Of a DNA stretch of 64,000 nt, positions 14,101 to 26,825 are shown piece by piece. The DNA comes from Takakia lepidozioides (taxonomy: Eukaryota; Plantae; Bryophyta), in contig CM060734.1 of NCBI GenBank assembly GCA_030704615.1, forward strand, positions 61,566,001-61,630,000, written 5' to 3'. Every line of letters starts with the position of its first letter. Position 1 is the first letter of the stretch. The notes beneath the pieces are model-generated. The model saw nothing but the letters and a program-made list of their open reading frames with translations, was not told the DNA's origin and made no database searches. The position numbers were made by a program, and so were the translations under genes.

Positions 14101-14945
14101 GAAGGGGTGAAGGGGTGAATTCCAACATCATCAAAGCTGGAGTTGTACCAGATGTCATTCTGAACAAGACCCTCGTGGACATGTATGCCAAATGTGGGTG
14201 CATCGAGGATGCCAAGGGAGTGTTCGACAATATGGCCGAACGAAATGTGGTGTATTGGAGCGCAATGATCGCAGTATATGCCCAGCATGGTTGTCATAGG
14301 GAGGCCTTGCCACTCTTGAAGGAATGCAAAAGGAAGGCTTAAAGCCGGACAGTATCACATTTGTCTCTGCATGCAGCCATGTTGGCCTACTCTATGAAGG
14401 AAGACACTGCTTTGATTGCCTGAGTCAAGATCATGGTGTCACTCCGACAGTAAGCATTTTGGCTGCATGGTGGACCTTCTTGGATGTGAAGGGCGATTGG
14501 CTGAGGCAGAGGACCTCATTAATAAAATGCCAATCAAACCAGACGGACTTGCTTGGTGCCTGCAGAATCCATGGCAATGTGGAGATGGCTGAATGTGCTG
14601 CAACATCTATTCTCAAGTTGGATGAACAGGATTCTGCGACTTACGTGTTGCTATCAAACATCTATGCCACAGCTGGCAGGTGGGAGGATAGTGCAAATGT
14701 GAGAAAATGATGAAGGTCAGAAAGAAAGGAGGCAGGTCGCTGCTGCATTGTGTTGGGAACAGGGTGCACACTTTTGTTGTAGATGACAACTTGCATCCCA
14801 AAATTAAGGAAATCCATGCTGAGCTGAGAAGATTGTCTGAGAGGATGAAGGGGGCAGGGTATTTTCCTGACACACTTTGTATTGCATGATGTGGGGGAGG
14901 AGCAAAAGGAATTTTCTCTTCGCCACCACAGTGAGAAGCTGGCGT
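11123..14945 (+). pseudogene. Second PDF(OSB)-PLS-PPR-DYW pseudogene
   Basis: Exon remnants are QRWQEFFED/..SQWWDSSLDK|gt (to 11620), MEQSWHEI/KDPSHWWDKCNRK|gt (~11751-11817), ag|TNPRSPDYRHKQ..NPPWLIEK (12003) and EEKLWNEY/PSQWWDNRGKK|gt (to 12373). Degenerate PPRs follow (12595-14600), then a DYW domain truncated after HSEKLA. Confidence 0.9.
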
Positions 14946-16548
14946 CAAAATCTCCACTACCTGCTCCAGTCAAGTGCAATTATGCGCTGACTTCCCACCA
15001 TTCCTGGGTTGACCACACTATCATTTCCTGTAGATATGCCACAGGAAATCCCCTCAACAGTTTGATGGTCAATATTCTCAGGAATAGTCTATCTTCCTTG
15101 GGATTTCCACACTACTACTTGCAAACTGATTAAAAGAATCACAATATGGTAGCATTTATCTGTTACCTACTTGGTGGGCAGCTTGTGCCCTTTGCCGCCA
15201 TTTGTTGAACTAACTAACATATGTTTTGAGCACGATGTGCTCCCAAGTTCCTTCCAGCACCTTCTCAAGGCAGCTGCACACCCAAGTTTGAGGTGCCACT
15301 CCAGCAGTCGTCTTTATTACTAGACACTCACAAACTAAGATCGAATACTCCCACACAACATCACAGAAGAGAAATGGAGAGCAACTTGTTCCAACTTCCA
15401 ACCCAGCTCTTTGTTTATTCAAACACTTCCTGGGCCATGAAAGACTGTTGAGTAACCACCACTCTCTGTACAGTCCCTGATTTTGGAACTGTTAGGGAAG
15501 AGAGACAATAGACAAAAGAAGCGAAAAGGCCGAGGGTTCCCAAAGCCTTTCTCTAGCCACAGCTCTTTGCTCGGCCTGCATCTCGGAGTCTATCGCAGGC
15601 AGAGGCTTTGGCCAAGCGAGCGGGTGCTCTTCTGTGGCCGGGGATGCTATCGGATTGTAGGAGCAGGTTCAGACAAGTGCAACCTGATTTTGTGACCTTA
15701 GCAAGTGGTCCTCAATAAGTCTTCCTCGGCAACAATCTCTGAAGGAGGAGTTTTCGGTAGCCATGTCAAATGCTGCGTGCTTTTTGCATCGGTGACATGA
15801 TAGATGCATGGAAAAGGGAAACTGCAGAGAAGCAGGTCACGATTGTTTCAGGTCCAGATGCATCGTGCCATCACATGAATCTTCTCGCAGATTACTCATG
15901 GGATTACCAATTTTTTCTTCACTTTGATGCCTCAAGCCTTTCCAGAACTGCTTGGTGACAACATTGTGAAGCGCAAAACAGCCCGGACAAATTTTTGCTA
16001 GAGTGGCAACTTCAGTACATATCCCTTACACTCTGACTTGTCGATGGACTGCTCCGGAGTAACCGCAGGTGGGCGTATGCAAATGCAAGTGCAATCTCTG
16101 GGCAAGGGTGTCACCTCACACAAATGCGTGTTACAGCAGATTAACGACAAATCTCAATCCTGCGGGCTTCGCTTCCGTAATACAAGAGGGCGCCATTGTT
16201 TGCAGCGGACGTTGCAGGTATTATTTCTGCTTCTGCATGCGTTTTATAATGGGGATGATTGGTTCACCGTCTATTGAGCGTGCTTTGGATCTGGGGGCCA
16301 CGATGCTTTCTCAGGTTGGAAATGCCGGTGGGGAATGCACCTCAGTGGATTATTCTACTGGTAGCGAACCCTTCCATCAATGCGTAAAAAGTCGAAGCTT
16401 GTAATATCAATGTCTTAGGAGGCCAGGAGATAAATGCCAACGTTTTCATTATGTTCTAGTTAGGTGCTTCATCGAATTGCCTTACGCTGAAGTGCTGAGT
16501 CGGGAATTGCGGATTCAAAGTGCATCAGGTGTGGGAGGGATGCAACAA

Positions 16549-18801
16549 TATGGACTCCACCAATCATCCAGCTAACGCTAGTGGAACCTGCTCCAGTGCT
16601 CCAGCAACAGTTGCGAACTTAGGGCCGGGCTTCGATTTTTTGGGGTGCGCTGTGGACGGTCTAGGAGACTTGGTCACAGCTGAGGTACTCATGCAGTCGT
16701 TGGTATCCTCTCACCATTCAACTGTGCAGAGTCCACTAATTAAAATAAAATATTTCCCAAAATTTTCCCATACTTAAGGAATGGTTGTAGCAGTCAATTG
16801 AAGTGTCCAGCCATCTGTATAATTGTGGTCGTCAGATGATGACATTCTTGTCACTGCTGGGTCCGCAAATCATAACCACTGGCATTGTTTCCTGGTTAAG
16901 ATGCCTTTGGGGTTTTTTAGTTTATGGAGTCTTCTGAAGAGGTGGGTACGAGTCTAATCTGGCAGGACATTGACTTCAAGGATCTCAAAGTTCGCATTTG
17001 TATATAATAAGACAGAACTCTCCACGTTGATATGTATCTATCAAAGTTGTGTGAGCCTGGATTGGAGCGGCCCACTCAAATCCCTTCTCTGCCCGTGGAT
17101 GTGAGGTAGCTGTTTCCTTCCATCTTCATAATCGGTGTAATCACTCTGAAGTAAAGATGCTAACAACCATTTCTCAGAATTGTCAGGGAAACAAATAGCT
17201 GACGATATAAATCTTCAAAATGACCCACATACATTTACAGACGGACATTCAATGATGAGTTTGCATGTAATTGACCAGGGTATTGAGAGTTCTATTACTT
17301 GTGGAATGGAATCGTACAGGTGAACGAAAATGTGGCACCTGGCAAGATCCTAATCGAGTCCATTACCGGGGATGGAGGGTGACTCAGCTGTGTCCCAGGA
17401 GACAACTGTGCTGGCACTGCAGGCAAAGCCACCTTGGAGTTGCTGGGTGTGCACTCTGTGGGCATCTCACTCACTCTTCACAAGGGCTTGCCTCTTGGAA
17501 GTGGGCTAGGCTCAAGTGCAGCTAGTGCTGCAGCAGCGGCAGCTGCAGTAAACCCTGCTCCCTCCTGAAGATGTTGCTGTCGTCTTTGACCTTCTGTAGT
17601 CTTTTGGAATTAAGGGAATCTGGGATAGGAAGACCCCCACTAAATCCTCATCAAACTTTGTTTATCCTGTATCTTGTTATCTCTCCCTTCAGGTGAATGG
17701 GGTGTTTGGAAGCCCTCTAAAGCAAGGCACAGCTCATTCAAGCAGGCCTTGAATCAGAGGCTACTATCTGTGGATACCATGCAGACAACGTTGCACCCTC
17801 ACTTATGGGCGGATTTGTACTAGTACGGAGCTACAGCCCCCTCCATCTCATCCCCCTGGCATTCCCAGAAGAGAAGACACTTTACTTTGTTCTGGTGATT
17901 CCTGAGTTTGAGGCGCCCACAAAGGACATGCGAGCAGTCTTGCCAAAAGAGGTACGAGATTATTATGAATCACAGGATGAGCAATAATTTGTTTTTAAAA
18001 TATATATATTATGAAGCCTTGACCATGTATTCTTGAGCTATTAAAATGCCATTAAATTTGACAGTGATTTCTGGTGATGGAGTGGATTGCTGTGTGGCAA
18101 TATCCTGCATCAGATTCAAACATCTTAAAAGGGGTGTGGGTTACATGCAGATATCATTGAAGCAGCATATCTCAAACTGTAGCCAGGCATCTGCGTTGGT
18201 AACAGCCATTCTCCAGGGTGATGCTTCCCTTCTTGGCGCTGCTCTATGTAAGTCACTCGAGTAAGTTATCGTGTGAAAGTTTACATGACAATCCCACCCT
18301 ACCTTTGTCTGAGCATTGCCATGTCTGTCAACTTGTTCTTTTATACAGCCTTTTGTATTAGCCTGCTTGTTGTTATAGAAATAGTTGTGTTGCCTCTCTT
18401 TCCTTGGGGGCATTTTGTCTTGATGTATGTTGTCAGTATCCACTGTGTTGGAGGTGTTCAAAGTGAGCTGTTACTCACCCCAATGACACTCGTTGCCTAC
18501 TGTACTAACAGCCTACACTCCCTGTCCTACTGCAGCATCAGATTCGATAGTGGAGCCTCAAAGGGCTCCCCTCATCCCAGGCATGCACTCAGTCATAGCA
18601 GCATCTAAGAAGGCAGGGGCTTATGGGTGCACAATAAGTGGGGCAGGCCCCACAGCTGTGGCCATCACAGACAGTGAACAAATGGGAAGAGAGATTGGAG
18701 CAGCTATGGTGGATGCGTTCCGTGTTGATGGAAATCTGAAGGCGGTCGCACATGTCAACAAGCTAGACCAACAAGGCGCTCGCATCATAGCAGTGCACTA
18801 A
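16549..18801 (+). pseudogene. HSK: Homoserine kinase (GHMP family), 5 exons, disabled
   Basis: Motifs APATVANLGPGFDFLGCAVDG, KGLPLGSGLGSSAASAAA, YHADNVAPSLMGGFVL and TISGAGPT. Exons are ~16549-16684, 17320-17547, 17693-17951, 18151-18247 and 18536-18801. There is an in-frame TGA at 17380 and a +1 frameshift near 17720. Confidence 0.85.
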
Positions 18802-19935
18802 TCACGTTGGCACTCTGTAGAGTTCAACTTGTGTCTTCCTTTCTAACAAACTTGAGTGCAGCTTTTGTTCTCTCTGTTGTTAATAAGGAATATTTTGTCA
18901 GCAGTTAGCCCAGGAATTCTGGGGTGAAGGATATCCTTGCAACTGTTACTCTGGTCCTCTCTCAAAACTAGGTTGTGCCAGGGATGTGGTGCCAACGGCT
19001 GAGAGCTCCAGGAAATAATTTCAGCTAAATTATTTTGTGATTTGACTACTTACTTCTGCCCTCTTTCCAAAGAGTCAATGTCAAGAGCATGGTGTAATTT
19101 CGAAAATCTTAAAGAAGGTCAGAGATATTATGTGACTTGGCCTGCTCTCCAGACTTAATAAGAGGCTACTGTCTGCTGGTTGCAACTTTGAACTGCACAA
19201 TGTGGCATCTTGATGATCAGACTATTAGACAAATCAGGTCTGCACCTGTGAAATATGTGGCAGTGCAGCGTTCAAGGGATTGAGAATATCAGAAACGAAT
19301 GTTGCAAGCGTACAATCCACATGTTATCCGCTGCTCCCAGAGTAGCAGCAGGCAGCTTCGATCTGAGCGGTTCCATTCTCATTCCGCACAAAGACACCAC
19401 TTCAAACCCTCTTCCCCCAACAGTGAAATCTACCAATCTCGAAGCATCTCACTACGAGGTTTACAACACCGAAACAAAGTATACACAGCTGCCCTACTTT
19501 CACTTTTCCATGATACCAAATCGTTACTTGCGCACTACAGCCACCTCCAATACCACCACCTCCGCTGGAGTCGCCGTCGTGGCTGATGAACAAATAGGCC
19601 CTATGACTGGAAGCTGCGATCGCACGTTCACCAGTAAGCTCGTCACCATATTTGATGACAGACATGATCCAATAGCAAACGTCACCTCATCGTGGTCATC
19701 AATACCTCTCCCGTTCGCATGATTCAATCTGAGGGATGAGTTTTAGGGTCATTATTATCAGCTTCCAACGTAACTTACACAGATAAGCATATGTCTCACA
19801 CTTCGAAACAGCTTCCCACAAGCTGGATGAGGAGTCAGGACCCTGGTTGTGCAATCGTTTCTTGCATTGGTTCGAAATGCTCGGGGTGGGTTGTACGAGA
19901 ATTTTTTTGTGCTTCTCTCTCACTCACTGGTGGGG

Positions 19936-21796
19936 ATGGCAGCTCCATACTCCATACCCAATTCTCGTTTCGGTCATGCGAGAGGCTCCACGTCATGCAG
20001 ACGATACAAGGCGATGGTCTGTGAAGGTCAAAGCGGCAATCTCCTTGGAAATTCTCCAAGGACGGAGGTCCTTGCAAATGGGGCCTATGGCGCCTCCCAA
20101 GCATTCAGATGCCAATGAAATTTGGTATAACACGAACCATATTGCGGTCTCTTTGTGGCTGTTTCGTATGCACAGCAGTATCCAGGCTCCTTTGACATAT
20201 CCAGAAACTTGAGGAACTGGACTCATCTGGTCGAAACAAGAAGGACGAGGAACAGTTAGACAATGGCTGTAATTGACAACATTATCCCTTTTAGTATATG
20301 TGGTATGTAGGTGAACGATGAATTATGGAACAACGCTGGCAGGAGTTCTTTCAAGATCCTTCACAAAGGTGGGACTACAGCGTCGACAATATGCACGTTC
20401 TTCTGTCATGGAGTGAGTTTGACTGACTGGTATGATAATATTCTGTGGACTGGATTATAACCCTAGTCGTAGAGTTGAGCTAGAATCTCGGTTTGCTTCT
20501 GCAAGAGCTTCTCTTGTTGCGTTGTCATCATTGTGGGTCGTTCTTCCTAAGCAGGGGTTAAACGTACCATACCCCAAGTCTTTTGCCGTGGAGCTTGCAA
20601 GGTGAATGGGAGTAATGGTTGTGGCTTGGTTAAAATTGTGGCTGGTCAGCTGCACCCTGATGGTTTTCACAGACCAATCCAAACTCTCCAGACTAGAGAC
20701 ATAAGCAGCGCTGGATTGATGGTTTGAGGGTTGGTCCAATCCTCCTCGGGGTGCAGCTAATTGCCATGACACAAGATCAAGGCCAGTCTGGTGGTGGTGG
20801 ATAGTTATGAGGGCGTGGTTCTGATTCTTGTGTGGATGGTGGAGCTCCTTGGAAGTTTCAGATGAAAGTGTGACCAGCAATGATCATGATTAGAGGGGCA
20901 GGCTTGTCCAAACTTGTTTAGCATCTGTAAGTTTGGACATGTTTCTATGTTCCTCATTTGTTGCTTGAAACAGAGCCAAGAGTGGATGTTGTTGAACAGT
21001 AGCACTCCTCCGCAAAAGAACCTGTTAAAGTTTTGATCCACTTGGAGTTTCTAGCGCAAAGGTGAACCATGGAGCATGGAACGGGGCTGCTCTAATGCCA
21101 ATGAAACTCACTAATAAGATGAAGCACTTTGCTGTTTCTTTTATTTAGGGTCACTGTGTTGTATGCAGCATAGGACCCAGTGTGCTTCTTGCTTCTTCAA
21201 CAGTTTCATTTTTTAATCTGTCTGGCTTGTAGGCCAACAGAGGATCATGGAGCAGTGCTGGCAAGAGTTCTTTAAAGATCCTTCAGAATGGTTGGACAAC
21301 CATGATGTCAAGGTGCAACTGTTTCCATGTATGATATGAAGGAGTTTGCCTGTTCTGCAAAAATGGACCGGAGGTTGTTCTTCCTAAGCAGGAAAATGTA
21401 TCGATCCCCGAGTTTTATAAGGTACTTGGGAGGGTCATCTTGGCCTTGCAAGTCCGTGTTTAAACTACTGCTCATCTGCACACTGGTGGTTTTCACAGAC
21501 CAATCCAAGATCACTGGACTGCAGACATAAGCAGCATGCACAAGGATTGAGAGTTGGTTGAATACTGCACGTGTGAATGGAGAGCTAGCTGCTCCCATGA
21601 CACAAGGTCAAGCACAATGTGGTGAGGCAACTTCTTCTTCAACACATCTAGGCTTGTGTTATCCTCCCATGAGATCTGTCCTGCTTTTGTCATCGCGGTT
21701 TTGTTAAGTTAGCTCATCAGGTGGATCGTGTTTCTGAGTGTTTTTGACATGTTGCCAATTTGTTTGCAGGTAAGTATCCTAAAGCTGTAAACAGAG
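19936..21796 (+). pseudogene. Decayed upstream exons (transit-peptide-like N-terminus plus OSB PDF repeats) of the PPR gene at 21797
   Basis: MAAPYSIPNSRF...GAYGASQAF (frameshifted), MEQRWQEFFQDPSQRWD (~20325), TNPNSPD*RHKQ (~20673), MEQCWQEFFKDPSEWLDNHDVK|gt (~21247-21312) and TNPRSLDCRHKQ (~21499). Confidence 0.8.
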
Positions 21797-24700
21797 ATGA
21801 GGAGAAGATTGGGAAGGAGTCCAAGTCAGTGGTGGGACAATGGGGGAAGAAAGGTGAGTGGTGTTGTGTTAAAGCAGAAGCAGACAAGTAGTTGAAATGA
21901 AAAGCCTTCATCCAAATTAACTCATCCCTCTCTCCCCAACACATTTTTAAAGTCTTGTGTAGGACCTAGTGCATGGTAAATAGAGCTGGGAGGATCTATG
22001 CGTTATCGTTTTCAGGGTAGGGTGACTGAAGGAGGTCGGGATGAAGTTTGGGCCCAGATCCATCCGAGACAGCTGGATTTCAAGTACAAGAGTACCAATG
22101 AGCCACTGTGGATTCAGAAACCTGTATGGGTCGAAGGTCAACTGGAAGCAGCACCGGTGCACTTGATAAACTCAGGCACCTCCACCACAACCTGTGCTTC
22201 CGAAAGAGGACCAAGAGAGGGAGTCCACAAGATCTCTTCTGGCATTTGTGGGCATGTGAGGACACTATGTGAAGCAGGACAACTGAAAGAGGCTCTGGAA
22301 ATATTGAACGAAGGAGGGATCTCACCAGATTCCAATACCTATGTCTGTATCTTGCGTGAGTGCATTAAGATGAAAAGTCTAGCAGCGGGAAAGGAGGTGC
22401 ACATCCACATTATCCAGAGTAGATTCAAGCCAAATTTGTTTCTACACAATACCCTTGTCAACATGTATGTCAAATGCGGGAGCATTGTGGATGCACGCCG
22501 AGTCTTTGATAAAATGCCTCAACGAGGTTTGATCACATGGAATACAATGATGGCAGGATATACCAAACATGGGCAGGGTAGGATTGCCTTGGAGATGTAT
22601 GAGCAAATGATACAAGAAGGGGTGAAGCCGGACCAGGTAACGTTCGTTTGCGTTTGCAGTGCGTGTGCAAGCCTGGCAGCCCTGGAAAAGGGCAAAGTGG
22701 TCCATGCTGAGATCATAAAAGCAGGAATTGTACCAAATATGATTCTGAGTAATACCGTCATGGATATGTATGCCAAATGTGGGAGCATCAAGGATGCAAA
22801 GGGAGTGTTTGACAATATGGCTGAACACGATGTGGTGTCATGGAGTGTGATGATAGCAGGATATGCCCAGCATGGACGTGGGACGGAGGCTTTGGATACC
22901 TATGGAAAAATGATGCAGGGAGGGGTGACACCGAACCGGGTCACATTCATTTGTGTTCTCAAGGCGTGTGCCAGCCTCGCAGCTCTGGAGAAGGGGAAAG
23001 AGGTCCATGCAGATATCAGAAAAGCTGGAATTGCACCTGATGTCATTCTGAATACTACCCTCATGGACATGTATGCCAAATGCGGGAGCATTGATGATGC
23101 AAAGGTTGTGTTCAATAATATGGCTAAACGAGATGTGGTGTCCTGGAGTGCAATGATCGCAGGATATGCCCAGAAGAGGTGTGCATTGGAGGCTTTGGCG
23201 ACCTATGAGCAAATGATGCGGGAAGGGGTGAAGCCCAACCAGGTAACATTCGTTTGTGTCTGCAACGCATGTGCAAGCCTTGCAGCTCTGGAAAAGGGGA
23301 AAGAAGTCCATGCGGACATCATGAAGGCTGGAATTGTACCAGATGTCATTCTGAACACTGCCCTCATGGACATGTATGCCAAATGTGGGAGCATCAAGGA
23401 TGCAAAGGGAGTGTTTGACAATATGGTTGAACGAGATGTTGTGTCATGGAGTGCAATGATTGCAGGATATGTAGAGAAGAGTTGTGGGATGGACGCTTTG
23501 CAGACCTACCAGCAAATGATACAGGAAGGGGTGAAGCCAGACGAGGTCACCTTTATTTGCGTTTGCAATGCTTGTGCTAGCCTGGCAGCCCTGGAAAAGG
23601 GCAAAGAGGTCCATGCTGACATCATGAAAGCTGGAATTGTACCAGATGTCATTTTGAACAACACCCTTGTGGACATGTATGCAAAATGTGGGAGCATCAA
23701 AGATGCAAGGGGAGTGTTTGACAATATGGCTGAACGCGATGTGGTGTCTTGGAATGCGATGATCGCAGGTTATACGCAGAACCGGTGTGGGATGGAGGCT
23801 TTGGGGACCTATGAGCAAATGATACGGGAAGGGGTGGAGCCCAACCAGGTCACATTCCTTTGCATTTGCAATGCATGTGCAAGCCTGGCAGCCCTGGACA
23901 AGGGCAAAAAGGTCCATGCTGACATCAAGAAAGCTGGAATTCTACCAGGTGTCATTCTGGACACTGCTCTCGTGGACATGTATGCCAAATGCGGGAGTAT
24001 CGAGGGCGCAAAGAGAGTCTTTGATAATATGCCTGAAAGAAATGTGGTGTCATGGAATGCAATGATTGCAGGATATGCCCAGCACGGGTGCCGTAGGGAA
24101 GCCCTGCAACTATTTGAAGAAATGCAGAAGGAAGGCTTTGAGCCGAACAATATCACCTTTATATGCATTCTCCAAGCATGTAGCCATGGGGGCCTAGTGG
24201 TTGAAGGCAGACACTACTTTGATTCACTGAGTCAAGATCATGGCCTCACTCCTACAGTGGAACACTTTGGTTGCATGGTGGACCTTCTTGGCCGTGCGGG
24301 GCGATTGGATGAAGCTGAACACTTTACGAACAAAATGGCAGTGCATCCAGGTGCTATGGTGTTGAAAGCCTTGCTTGGTGCCTGCAGAATTCATGGCAAT
24401 GTGGAGCTGGCAGAACGTGTGGCAAAATCTATCCTTGACTCGGATAGACAGGACACTACAACTTACGTGTTGCTCTCAAATCTCTATGCCGCAGCTGGCA
24501 AGTGGGATGATACTGCAAAGGTGAGAAAAATGATGAAACTCAGGGGTGTTGCAAAGAGGCCAGGTCGCTGCTGGATCGAGGTCGGAAATGGGGTGCACAC
24601 ATTTGTGATAGATGACAACTTGCATCCACAAATCGAGGAAATCCATGCTGAGCTGAGAAGATTGTCTGGGCTGATGAAGGAGGCAGGGTACGTGCCTGAC

Positions 24701-24967
24701 ACACAGTTTGTATCGCATGATGCAGAGGAGGAGCAAAAGGAATTTTCTCTTTGCCACCACAGTGAGAAGTTGGCCATTGCTTTTGGGCTGATCAGCACAG
24801 CCCAAGGGACGCCTCTTCGTGTCATCAAGAACCTTCGGGTGTGTGGTGACTGCCACACAGCCGCCAAGTTCATTTCGAAAATTGTTGGTCGAGCGATTGT
24901 TGTACGGGATGCCAACCGCTTTCATCACTTTGAAGACGGGGTTTGTTCTTGTGGGGAATACTGGTGA
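21797..24967 (+). CDS. PLS-class PPR protein with E1/E2/DYW (PG-box type) deaminase domain and an N-terminal degenerate OSB PDF motif; C-to-U organellar RNA editing factor
   Basis: ORF 21998..24967 is intact: L,S + 5x(PLS) + P2L2S2, PGRCWIEV, HSEKLA, CGDCH, terminal EYW. A phase-0 exon 21797..21853 (MRRRLGRSPSQWWDNGGRK|gtgagt) can splice to cag|22058 (IHPRQLDFKYKSTNEPLW). Confidence 0.93.
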
Positions 24968-26825
24968 AACATGATTCTGTTGTAAGGTATGAGTGTCTTT
25001 CTTCATTCATTAAAGTCATGAAGCTGCCTGGTGCATTCACCATTCCCTGGGAATGTTGGCCATGACACTTTTTCTCCGTGGCATATCAACCCTTCAAGAG
25101 CAATTATGTAGTTTACCCACCAGGCTTGGATTGGAGATATACTCCAGCATATCTAACACCAATCTCATTACAGACATGAACTGTGGGTATGCAGGGTAGT
25201 CTAGATTACCATTCATCACTAACTTCACCTACCAACGGGTCAGCCATTTACAATGGGAAGCTTACAGTTAGCAATTTGGACCCCCATGGCCATGGCCATA
25301 GGATCTGTCCTCCACAACTGCCACAGCTTGCGGCATGCTACAACAGCTTATGGAGTCCATCAATATGAAAGGTAGTGGCTCGAGGAGGTCCGGGGAGGAT
25401 GGTCACTGGTCACACTCTTCACTCCTGAATGATGTCAGACCTTAGAGCATCCCTACCCTTCTCACTGAAATGGCCCCTCTATGGCTATTTGAAGGGGTTG
25501 ATTCAGGACTCTCGAAAGGTGTGTGAAGGGGTAGGCTGCTCGTAACCACACCCTTGCCCCTCGTTACGCCCCTCGTTCCCGCCTTGCTGGAGTTCCTAGC
25601 GACGTTCTCATATGCTCCTCGATCACGTTCCCCACCGACCGCCTGCCTTCATCATCCCTTGGCTTTGGAAGCACTGCAGCTGGATTGGAAGCGAGAGGCT
25701 GGGAGGCACACTCTGACATATCCATGGTCGGGATGACTGGGTTGCGGGACGAGTTCAGGTCACTGTATATCGTGCACACATACAGTGAAAGAGAAGGGGT
25801 GCAGGGTCCGCCCTTCACGGCATATACAGTAGAGCAAGGGTGTGGTACATTTGGAGGGAAGTTTGAACCTGTTTACGAAAAGTACGGGTGCAGGGTCCAT
25901 AGAGGCATAGAGTGGGGATGCTCCTACGAGGTATTGAAGATATGGCAAACGCCTTGAGAATAAGACAAAAAAATGAAAGTGAAAAAATAGATCGAGTTGA
26001 TTTTGTTTATAGAATCAATTTATGCTCTCTCTCCCAATCAGTTTCTGTGGACTATTCTTCACTCCTCACTCCTCTTAGCCATGCAGGATTATGATATAAA
26101 TAGAATTTCATTTTGAATTACCATTATGAGGAAATGCACAAGCACAAGCTCAATGAATTTGCCATTACCTCTATGTTACTGCCAACCTCCTACTAAGTAG
26201 CATTCCTGACAAACAAGATATACATAATAATTACTCTGGATCGAAGAACATGTTACTGTTTATTTCCATGGCTGTTTTCATACTCTGGAGTGCAAGTATG
26301 CTGGGCAATGAGCACAAACAGCCATGAGCCTGTTCAAGTACATGGACTTCACTGATAATGGTACTAAAGCACTTGAGCCAGTTGAACAAGTGACTGCATC
26401 TCAGACACTTGCCAAGTATAAAGGGGTTGAATTGGGCCCTTGAAGACAAACCAACTGTGCAGCAACACAGCATTCATGATTGAAGGACAAAGACAATGGT
26501 TGGTTTAAAGGGAGGGAAGCTTTGACAGGTGCTGGGCAGTGAGTGGTGAGATATCCAGAAGCAGCCTCTCCCTTCCGTTGAGTAGTGGTGACATTTGAGG
26601 GACATGAGAAAGGGATTGATATTTACCATGAAAAAGATGATGTGAAGAGACTGAGAACATGTAGCAGCAAACAATGGTTTACACCAACGCTTTATCCTTG
26701 AAGCTGGATGATCTTTTCCCACATTGAGGTGGCAGTGCAATTATATACCACATCTGTTCAAAGTGCGCAGGGTGAGTGTACCAAAAAAACCATCTTCTGC
26801 TTCTCTCTCTCGGTGTAACGACAGC

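Noticed and set aside
17380-17382. TGA repaired by U-to-C editing or readthrough in HSK
   Set aside because: This is a nuclear gene with a separate frameshift, so pseudogenisation is the simpler explanation.
24500-24967. Possible U-to-C (DYW:KP/GRP/DRH) editing domain
   Set aside because: The PG box, HSEKLA and CGDCH motifs are canonical for the C-to-U type.
22080-25006. Many repeated antisense ORFs over the PPR genes, also over UGD and RAD1
   Set aside because: They are antisense shadows of real CDSs and of the 303-bp PLS periodicity.
25380-25990. Possible LINE 3' remnant
   Set aside because: Too degenerate, with no diagnostic motif.
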